From: Raillietiella orientalis
Taxonomy: Eukaryota
Assembly (NCBI GenBank): GCA_036172245.1
Contig: JAYWIR010000019.1
Span: 2,294,001 to 2,358,000 of the forward strand
Direction: 5' to 3'
DNA: 64,000 bases
Numbering within the stretch: the stretch's first letter is position 1; each line of letters begins with the position of its first letter. The notes below the pieces were generated by a model. The model saw only the letters and a program-made list of their open reading frames with translations. It ran no database searches and was not told the origin of the DNA. The position numbers and the translations under genes were made by a program. This document shows, in pieces, positions 1 to 10,200 of the stretch.

Positions 1-2476
1 GGCTTGTTGTTCTACTTTTCTATCTTTCTCATAAAGAAATGGATTCGGAGAGAACAATTCCACGAGTGCTCGCGTGCACAAACGAAATGGAGGCAAAAAA
101 AAAAAAACTTCGCTCAGGAATGCGGCGTACCATCTCCGAAAGCACGGACTTTTTCCCATGGTGTCTCACTGTGTTCAGAGGAAAAGAGACCCCAGAGATG
201 CGCTCACATGACCCGAAAGACGAAACCAGCAACGGTGCAACGGATGCTGCTGGTACCACAACCTCAAAGTACAAAAATTCTGCCAGGGGAGGCGAAACTG
301 GCGATGGGAATCTCACGAGGAGGAAAACGAGTGCTGTCCCCCTTGGCATTCCTCTAAGGAAGAATGGACTGCAAGCATCAATGCCAATACGCATGCTTGC
401 CTCTCGAGATCTCGCACAAACGAACACAAACAGACCCAAGAATGCAACAAAAAAAAAGTGATAGGGGATCAGCAATGATTAGAGCGCCGCATGCCAGTCT
501 GCATCGAGAGCTGAAAGAGAATGACAGCGACGACATTCTCAGTACCGAAAGCCTTGTGCAACGCGGAGAGTTCAAGTCGCTCTTGAGAGTGGCTGAGCAT
601 CCGCGATTGCGATCTGCGTTCTGGATGGCACTGCATCCTCAGATTTCCCTTCATCGATCACTTCGATGAAGGGAACTCTCCGTCACGCAACTGTGGAAAG
701 AGAGAGAGGAAGGATACCAACGTGCACAGACGCATCACCGAGGAGACGACCGGGGGAATCTGAGGCCGCGTCTAATCTGTGAGGTGAGGTGTTCGGAAAC
801 CACACGGATGGGAAGCACGTGGCCGATGTAGAAACGAAGGGTGCACGGAAAGAAAAAGGGGGAGAACACGCACACAAAAACACACAGCAACTCTTGCATT
901 TGTGGAACCTCCGAGTTGTGCGAAAGTCGACAGAACGGTTTGCTTTGGTCGACTTCCGCTTTCGCCCGATGCAGAGACCGGGAAGCACTCTCCAGCTAGG
1001 GAACTCAGGGGCACACGTCGGTGCATGCCCCGGGCACGCTGGAAGCACGCAATGGTTCACTGGTTAGATTGAAAACACCACGTATTCCACAACACGAGGG
1101 CAGAGCTACCACCACTTCTTGCACCCTCCCTGCTGGCATGGCGCGTCCCCATCACGTTCCACGCAGTTGGGACGCGCACTTGCGACCATCTGTACACAAC
1201 AAAGCGCGTTTCACGCGCGCAGAATGTACAATGTACCACACAGTATCGAAACGAGACGGCTGATTGCAGCGCAGGTTGAAAAAGTCGAAACCGCGGGCAC
1301 GGGGCCACTGACAAGTCCACTTCCGTCGACACTCGCACACGATTTCACATCGCACGGCAGCTGACGACGGCTGCCAAAAGGACTGGGCACTGGGATCGCC
1401 ACAGACAGGATACACCAGCAGTCGGTGGAATGAAGACCTCGGCTTCGGGGTTCAAGAGAACTTGAAAAAGTGAAAACACAAGGTGCTGCCACACGGTCGA
1501 AGAGCGAAAAAACGGTTTCACAGCAGAATGGGTTTCACAAGACGGAAAAAGAAGTTCCACGGAAAAGCAGATTCCGTGTGCTTGGCCATTCGAGAACTAA
1601 GTTTGAAGAGGGGAGGGGGGAGGCACTGCACCGCGTGTTTGTTTCGATTGGTAAAATTGTCGGAAAGCAGACACGATAGTTTGCAAAACAAATGTCCCAA
1701 ACTGCTGGATCGAGAGAAAGAAAGAAAGAAAAAAAAACATGCTCCTGGTCCAGTTAGGCTCAGAGCACCTGGCGCAAAATTTTACGAGAGAGCGTCTCTT
1801 TGCGATCCTTCCGTAGCGAGCATCAACGTCGGAAATCCACGCTGGGATCGGTCAAACACCAGCGCTGAACTGATGTGGACGCCCCCCATGGTGTTTGCCG
1901 AACCCGCGTTGTGCAATCCGAAAGTCAGTAGCCACAACAATGCCCGGGGCTTCACCGTGAATCCGATGTCGAAAATCTCTTCCGACGGACGGAGGGACCG
2001 TGGCGTCATGATCCTGAAACCACGGTTGCGATCTGGATGGCACGGCACATCTGCCGCCTGTCATCAAAATGATTTGCAATGGGAGAATAGGCCGCACAAT
2101 CGCGGGTGCCTCCAGGCCCACGGACACATCCCATCGCGCGCGCGCGCTGGCGAAGTGACCCTCATCTCTTGTACGAACCCGCACGTGGCGAGGAAGTCTT
2201 TCCCGCCTGCCGCTGGACGCGAGCAAGCGGGGAAGAAAAGGAAAAAAGGTTCACCTGCAGTCCTCGTAATCCCCGCATGTTGTGGCGCCGCAGAGGGCTT
2301 CCATGAGCCTGACCGCGTTTTCGGCTGGCCCACGTGGTTCTTCCACCGTCCTGGAAGATGCGGTGGGCGGCCGCCTTGTTTTACGCATCCTCGCCGCGCA
2401 GGGGTTCCCCCAGATAGCGCTTCTCCTTCCACGGAGGCAACAAAGCAGGCGGTACTTCCGGCAGAGAGCAAGCGAC

Positions 2477-3130
2477 CAGGATTGCCAATTTAGCGGTTTT
2501 CCCTCTAGATCTGGCGTTTGGGGGGAAACCCATATTTTATCCACTAGCAATTCTAGCGGTTTTTACGTCTCTGGCCGCCCAAGTTTTACGGATCTTTCAT
2601 GGTTACAAAGAAAATCTTCGATTATGGATGTTGTAAATAGTCGTAGATAGAATTCCGGATATTTTTTTATCCACCCCCGTTTCGATTCCGGCGGATGCGG
2701 AGTCACTTTAATAAATTATTACATGGTTGATGAAGACTGTCGAGAAAAACTACTTTTTTTATCATTAAAATATATTGATATTTAAATTGTGATTATTGTA
2801 GTGTGGCGGCAACTAATTTGAGCATTTCATTACGATTTCCAGACTGTTCTAACTATGGGTAATATAAGACCGGCAGTGCGCCGCATCACGTGCATTTTGC
2901 TTGCGTCCAACACGTGCAGCTTTACTAACATAAATTTCGCGTGATCCGAAATTAATTGTTAGTTTGCATTTTATTTTTGCGCTATTGAATCTGATCTGAG
3001 GATTAAATAACGTTACGTATGTTGCACGTGTGCTGTGATATAGTGGGAATCTAGAGATTTGGGGGGGGGGGGATCGCGGGTTTTCGAAGGCCATCTAGCG
3101 GGATTCCATCAACTTTTGTTGGCAACCCTG
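2477..3130. mobile_element. Non-autonomous hAT-like DNA transposon (MITE), 654 bp, in the presumed first intron of the CCN-like gene
   Basis: Terminal inverted repeats CAGGATTGCCAA (2477-2488) and TTGGCAACCCTG (3119-3130), 11/12 complementary. Flanking 8-mers CAAGCGAC (2469-2476) and GAAGCGAC (3131-3138) match 7/8, as expected of an 8-bp TSD. Subterminal T(C/T)TAGCGG-like motifs recur near both ends. AT-rich core, no transposase ORF. Confidence 0.85.
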
Positions 3131-3608
3131 GAAGCGACCTGAAGTGCAATGGAGGGACACAGTCCAGGCACCGAGGACCGTCCGTGTCCTTCATTCATGC
3201 AAGCGTAATGGAACTGTTTGAAATTGCAAATCGCTCCCTCTCAGTTGGCAATTTTCTTCACGGGAAAGGAAGACACACACACAAAAAAAAAATAAATAAA
3301 TAAATAAATAGATAAAACTCGTGCAAGGGGGGTGGGTACCCTTGTTCGCACTGACGGGTCATCAGCAATTCGAGAACAATCGAGAACGATCTTCGTTCTT
3401 CCTCCCCCGTTCTTACATTCAAGCCGTAATCGCAAGACAGAAAGAAAAAAAATCTTTTCTGGCTATAACGAAAGCGGCCAATGGGAACCAACTCCTCCAG
3501 CCACGTAACTGCCAGCACTTTTGTGCTTTGGGATCTTTCGAGATTCGGGGAAATCGCCACTTGCCACTTTTAAAAGTCTCTCTTCTTCACGAAAGCGAAT
3601 CTCGAAGA

Positions 3609-3635
3609 AATAATAATAATAATAATAATAATAAT
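3609..3635 (+). repeat. (AAT)9 microsatellite
   Basis: Nine perfect AAT units followed by AGT variants. Confidence 0.95.
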
Positions 3636-4858
3636 AGTAATAGTAAGTGGCGTTTGGTTCAGGGACTGGGCACTTTGGTAATTTGGCCTAAATTGTGCGA
3701 AACGAGCGTTAATTACCCGAGCCATAATAATTTTCGAAATTTCAACACAAAAAGGAGGGAGAGGGGGGGGGGGGAATTTCGTCAATGCAAAATAGGTGGA
3801 GCATCGTGCATCATGGAAGAAATCCCATCCCGTACAGAAACCCAGGATTTCACAAACGGCAAGAACATCGGCCTTTACGATGCACACGTCGTTGCGAAAT
3901 CGCCGCGCGGTGAAGGTGCGGACGCGAAATGGCGCTGCTCGCAGCTCCCGACCCTTTGAGCTGCGCGTAATAAATCGAATAACTCGCTCCCGATTACTAT
4001 TACAGGACGACGGTGGTATTGCCAGCCACGGTTTCAACTCGGGTCGTCCGGATGTGCGCTGGCAACGCGCGGTGGAAAACGGCGGCGTCGAGGAGGAGGT
4101 GGTCGGTGACTTCTTCTTGCCCCGACCCGGGCGTCAGGGAGACCCAGTGCATCGCAGGTTTGCTTGCCCCATCTTCAATTGGGGACGATGGCGGGAGGCT
4201 GCGGCTTCACGCCCGACACCCTCCACCGAAAAGCTGATTGCGACCAGCGCGGAAGACCCATTCAAAAAAAGCTCGGCGCTTACGCGCGCGCGCGTTTTGT
4301 GACACATGCAAATGGTGCGCGCTCGACAGCGGTCGGGTTGGCTTTGGCGATGCGGCGCAGAAGAATTACCACAGGCAGAAGATCCCCTCCCCCCCCCCCC
4401 CCGATATCCACTTATCCTTCCCCTATCCCCAAGCCGATGCCCAAATCTGGTTTTACGTCACAAGGAAACGTGCAGGAAGAGGACGAGTGTTAACACAGGT
4501 AATGATGAGGTTCATGAAAGTTCCCGCCGCCACGACTTATTCGAGACGCTGTGGCGCGCAGCGTTTGAAACAGCCTGGAAGAGAGCGAACTGGAAGAAGA
4601 CCACACGAAAATGGAGCGAAAGTCAAAGAACTTGAGGCTGCTAGAACGCTGCCAACACATACACGCGCACACACATCACTGATTCAGCATGAGGTGAAAA
4701 CAGGAAGCGAGCAGCTTCCAAGAAGCACACGTGTAGAGGGGAAACGAACAGCGAAGGCCGTCACAACGCCGACCAAAGTGGGGGAGGGGGGTGGTCCCTT
4801 CCTCCCAATGCGGCCTCCCAGGGCAACGGAGCCGCGATTCGACAGCAAGCTGCCTTAC

Positions 4859-5183
4859 CTGTGCATCGACCTCCCACGGAACAGACAAGACCAAAAGCTT
4901 CGTCACAGGGTTGATCGTGTTTGTTGCACGTGTCATTGAGCTGTTTCGCGCACACGAAACAGCAAGGGCAGTCGGGCCTGGCCCGAACTCGACTGTTTGG
5001 GCATTCTAACTTGGTGACGTTAACACTACATTCGGGCTGGCAAACGCATTCATTTAACAAGGAAGGAACCGGTTTGTTACCGTTCACAATAAAAACACCT
5101 TGTTCAGTTTCTTGGTTCTGCTGCTCCCCACCGTTAATGCTTAGTAACAACAGTATCACATGCACATCGAGTATGGAAAGCAT
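4859..5183 (-). CDS. Ccn: First coding exon of a CCN-family (CYR61/CTGF/NOV-like) secreted protein: signal peptide plus IGFBP N-terminal domain; partial gene
   Basis: ATG at 5183. Hydrophobic leader MLSILDVHVILLLLSINGG. CPCCFVCAKQLNDTCNKHDQPCDEAFGLVC matches the CCN IGFBP module (CYR61-type CGCCxVCAKQLNxxCxxxxPCDxxxGLxC). Phase-1 donor AG|GTAAGG at 4859/4858 falls exactly at the domain end. No downstream VWC/TSP1/CT exons recognised in 1-4858. Confidence 0.8.
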
Positions 5184-6044
5184 CTTGTCTTAGTGATGTT
5201 CCTGGTCACTTTGAAATACGAGAACATATGTAAACTCAAACACGGATTCACTCTTCCTTGGTCTTCAAGCAGCTGCACAACCGCCATCGTCAGCGAACAA
5301 AATAAGGACGTCTTCGGAGCCGTTCATTGCAACGCTCGACTCAGGCCGCAGCCATGCCTCTCTCAACCTGGTGGAAACTGCGGTAGTGTGTCGAGGAGAC
5401 GTGAAAGCTTGGGCACGGCGTTGTTTGTATGTCAGCGGGTTTCGAAGAATTTCTATCCTCCAGGGCATCTCTCTCCGCCTTCTCTCACGCGTTCCCTCCA
5501 GCCGGCAACTGATCGTATGCAACCAGAATATTCATAACGATGCTAAGTGACTCGGACCAAGACAGCTTGGAGATCTCCAACAGCTCATTTCCTGCTAGTG
5601 AACCGATTAATGTCACTCGCTTTTATTATTATTTCTGTGAGATGCTTTCGGGAGAGAAAAAAGTCGGTTTGCCTTTTCCTTCTTTTTTTTTTTTTTTTTC
5701 CCCCCCCCCCCTCTTTTCTTTTCTTTTCTTTTTTGGAGGGAAAATAGAAGGGCTTGGAGAATGCGGCGTTTTTATGTTCAGAATTTAGACGCGTGTGAAA
5801 CAGTGCCCGGCCGACTCTAGATCTTCACTGGCTGCAAACTGCTGCTGTACGCGAACATCCAGCTACATCGTGCACACCTCGGCGCATCTCGCCAGCGACA
5901 GGAGATGTCGGAGGCTTTTGACGCTGCTTCCCTTGTGCACCGTGCTCATCGCTGGCAGCTGTTCTCATCAGCATGGTGTTCTGTCCCCGTTCACTCCTTT
6001 CGTGTGAAGCGTGGAACTGCTAGGGCACGGGCAACGCCAACGAA

Positions 6045-6095
6045 CAAGGATCAGGCGTGTTCAAGGATGGGGTGTTCAAGGATCAGGCGTTCAGG
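6045..6095 (+). repeat. Short imperfect tandem repeat, about 3 x 15-17 bp (CAAGGATCAGGCGTGTT-like)
   Basis: caaggatcaggcgtgtt / caaggatggggtgtt / caaggatcaggcgtt / cagg. Confidence 0.7.
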
Positions 6096-7230
6096 CCTTC
6101 CAGGGTTTCTGCCGCCGGACTGTTTTCGCCACCTTCCAGGTTCGCGAGCGCGGAGATCCCGGCTACCTGGAGGGCAGCCGTCAGTGCTGTTCCCCATCCG
6201 TTCCTGCGAAATCTGGGAGCGAAGGAAGCGGAACGGAGTCATCTGAAATTTATTTCTCCAGTCGTCCTCCCGTTCGGTAAATAGTCGAACCAGTGGTTTC
6301 AAACTACTCGGCAAAACTTTCCCGGTGGCACTCCTCTTCTTCCACGGCTGAACATGTAATTTTTGTGTGTATGTGTGTTTTGGGGGGTTTGGGTTTTTTT
6401 TTTTTTTTCTTCTTCTTCTTCTTACCTCCCCCCCCCCGTCAATCTTTGGGAGCGATACATAGCGATGAAACCTTGAAGAGCATGCCTTAATTACCTGCAA
6501 TGCCTTTTGCTCTTTCCCCATGAAAATGCTGCAGATCCAAGCAAACGAAGGAAACGACGGAATTTTGTGATGATTACCTAATTAATTAATTATCGGTCCA
6601 TTCGTTCTCGTGTGTGTGTGTGTGTTTTTATCGGTGGTTGCTGGGGCGCGGGATGTGGTCGCTGAATTGGGAAGGAAAGTTGCATTCGCTCGAGTGCATG
6701 TCTTCAGTTTGCTCTGATGGGGTCTGCATCAAGCATAAACATCGGAGAGCGCGTTTCAAACGTGAGGATCTAAGAGCGAGGAATCCGAAAATGAGCCCTG
6801 GATGATCAGAGCAAAAGAATCCGTCCGTACCGATCACCGGAAAACTGGTAGCATCCCTTTCGTGTTTCGCTTTACAATGTTTGCAAACGAAGCAACAGAT
6901 CTTTTTTTTTCGCTCATCTCGGAGATTGGCAAATGAAATTCACGATTTATTCCGAATTAATTCTCTCGATCCCATGATTTTTTGTTTCCCTCTCCCTCCC
7001 CTTTCTCTCTCTTCACAGAACGCATGAAGTCGCCTTCACCTTTTTTGTCTTCATCATCACAATTCATCTGAAAAGCTCAGTTTCTAACCTTCTATTGGAA
7101 CAGTCGCGGCGCTGGGAAACGGACGTGACTCCTCTCTATGCGTTTGCGATTCCCTAATTATCTGGAAAAATCAGTCAGATGAGAAGCTGAGAGCCCGTGT
7201 CATCATCGTCAAGCGCGATTCCACGGGAAG

Positions 7231-7288
7231 TTCAGCACGCTGATGAGTCGCACAAGACGGAAAATTTGCTTACGGAGCAATCCGTGAA
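7231..7288 (+). ncRNA. Degenerate type I hammerhead ribozyme-like motif
   Basis: Stem I CACG(7236-39)/CGTG(7283-86), core CTGATGA (7240-46), stem II GTC/GAC with GCACAA loop, GGAAAA, stem III TTGCT/AGCAA, cleavage triplet ATC (7280-82). Three extra nucleotides disturb the GAAA-stem III junction. Confidence 0.4.
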
Positions 7289-10200
7289 ATTTTTTTTTTT
7301 CCCCCCACAACACAAATAGGCGATGATTAATTAAATGATCTGTCTGATCAGACATATCAATAAGGAAGACATATCGCGAAATCTCCGCGACTTCTCTGCG
7401 GAAACTACACGAATTCATATTCCATGTTTTTTTTTTCTCTCTCTCTTTTTTCCCCCCCTTTTTTCTTTTCGATCAAGCACCAGGCTTGTATTTTAGCGTC
7501 CTCGTTTCCGTCTTCGACGCCTTCTTGAACCTCACATCAAAGCAACAGCTAGGCGCCATAAAGATTTGTCAGTTGCTCTTATCGGAGGAAGAATCTGCCT
7601 GGTCATCGCCAGTATCCCTGCTGGATAAACGTGCTCGATTCCTTCCCTACATCTGCCATCTTGCCGATTTTTTTCTCTTAATGATTTTGATATCCTGCTG
7701 CACCTTCTAAGGTTTTCACTTACTGTATTGTTTTCAGATGCTGGGCCGAAAAAAAAAAAAAAAGGACCTTGGAGAACCTGATCCGTGCTTCTTCGAAAGA
7801 GTGCTCAGCGCTCCGCTTAAGAAGCGTATGGTTCGTTTTTCCGAAACGTGCAGCTCGAAATCTCCATGTGGACGAATTTTGCAAGTGCAGTGAATTGACA
7901 TGTTGACCGTCCTAGACCCTAGCGGAGCTTCTCCTTCTATCGAGAACTTGTCTAGGTGAGTCACTCGTCTGAAGAAATTCATCATCTGTTGTGTTGAAGA
8001 TCGGTCTTTGACTTATACGAAAGCGTTTTCTTTCCTCTACGATTCCCATATACCGCATACCAATGGAATCGGTAGAAATTCTGTTCAGCCCTACAGCGCT
8101 CTTGTGGCCTCTTCTTTTTGCTGGTATTCGTGAAAAGAATAGAAACCGTGAGCTGGTGTCTTACAGTGAGTCACTTCCCGCGTGTCTGCTCTACGGCCGC
8201 ACTCGAGTCGCCAGCAGCATTCTGAAAGAGCCGTTGAGAGTGGGGCACCATCAACCTCTCCCGCTGTAGTGTACTGTGCTGGAGTGCGGTCCTCTACTTT
8301 ATTCTATTCCACCTGGATGCATTCCAAATGTTGTTGTTGGTGCTACACTTCCCTCTTTTGCCTTCAAAAGCGATGAATGGTACCCGTTTGTGTTGATTTG
8401 TGTGCGTGCTGTTCGAGCGAAGAGAGAAAGGAGTAAAGTACTGTCCGTGTCGTTTGCAAACCTTGGCTTTTAACGCCCTATTGCCAGGAGGATGTGCATC
8501 GCACCAAGCTGTGCTCTTGAAGGATTTTCAGATTCATATGGTGTGATTTGAAATCTTTCTGCCTCTTCCCCACAGTCGACTACCCTCTGCTCTACTTTTC
8601 GTTGTATTGCTGTGGCCATTCACCGTAATTTATTACACATTTAACAGACCTGTTGTGCATCATTAAGAAGATCTGTTGGATGCCAGGGTTGTCAAGTGGG
8701 CATTCGATTCATTCCCATTGGGAGAGAAATCCTGCCTTATTAAGAATGTGTTTATTATTAATATACACGAATGGACGCATTTTTGCCGGGCAAACCAAGG
8801 ACGCCAGAAGATGTTCCTCGAATGTTTGCTCAATACTTGGAGGAAAACAAAAAATATATGAATGTGAAAGTCCTTTTTTCCCAAGTAGTATCTGCTACCT
8901 CAAATTCTACTTCTTTCTTGACGCTGTTTGACATTTCTTCTATTTGCCTTTGATTGCATTTTGCAGCTTTGTTTGGTTTGCAACATGCATTTCAAGATTC
9001 CAAGTGGAATCCCAAACCCCAAGAAATTATCCAAATGGAACCAGGAAAGTGCGTTGGTGACTCGTCCAACAAACCGTGCTTGAAGACAGAAAGTTGTACT
9101 AGCACTGTACATGGTGCGATTTTCGAAACCAAGCAAGAGGGACATTCATGGGAGGAAATGTCTTCGTCAGCGCAAGCTCAAGTGAGCACTCTTCTCAAAC
9201 GGAACTAATCAAGACACCTTAAGGAAGGAAAAAAAAATAATCCACATCGGAGGAGCTCACGTTTCAAGGCGAATGTGGCTTGCTGTTTCGTGACGTGCGT
9301 CCAGAGGCTGGAAACTTGTTGGAGGTACCATCTTCTCTCTGAAAGAACGCAGCGTTTTCGATTGTCCTAAAATGGCGGGCGTTTTGAAAAACTCGGAGGA
9401 ACAGCTCAAATCGAATTTTTTGTTTTGTAAGAAAACTGCAAAAGCGACACACACGCACACACACAAAATGCATCTTTAAACTAAATTGTAAGCGTTTTGG
9501 GCACATGAAGTGATGGAATGACCCGAGAGAGAATTCCTAAACTCATCAGGAAATTTTTTTTTTTTCTTCCTTTCTTCAAATTTTCGATCCGAAAACAACG
9601 TCTAAAGATGGCGACTCTCGTGAAACTACATGTACTGTTCTCAGAAAGATGGCACGACGACTGACCGCCTGTGACCAAAAGTGGCAACAGGTAAAGATGC
9701 TTGCGATCTTCGAGTCCAGATGGCGGAAAGAGGAACATTTTGGACACTAACAAATGCGAGCTGCACTTGGCCGTGCCCCTTAGAACACTATAGTTCAGCT
9801 GCAGTTTCTTTTTTTTGTGTTTTGTTTTTGTGTGTGTGTTTTTCTCTCTCCCCTTTTCTGAGACTATCAAACACTATCAAAGAACTCCTGCGGATGTGAC
9901 GTCTTATCTGCTGCCTCCTGAATTTAAATCTACGCTATCAAGCGATCACGCAGATGCACTGAGGGATACATACGAGTTCCCCGAATCCTGCAGTGCACTT
10001 TCTTGTTTGTACTGTTATGTCGTGTGTCCCGAAACCTGGCTTGCACTGGAGATCAGGACTGCCCAGGATGGAATGTTGGGAAAGCATCAATCATCCACCG
10101 ATTCACCCAGATGCTCCTTTCAGAAAACTGACGATGCAAGTGGTCGCGAGGGACATTTGCTTCCAAAATGCAAACCTCCACGGGGCTTTCCAAATCCTTC

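Noticed and set aside
1483..2493. 336-aa plus-strand ORF
   Set aside because: No recognisable domain, non-ATG start, homopolymer-derived Lys runs, GC-rich presumed intron, and it ends inside the MITE; likely a chance ORF.
4238..4939. 233-aa ORF antisense to the CCN exon and intron
   Set aside because: Shadow ORF in GC-rich DNA with no family motifs.
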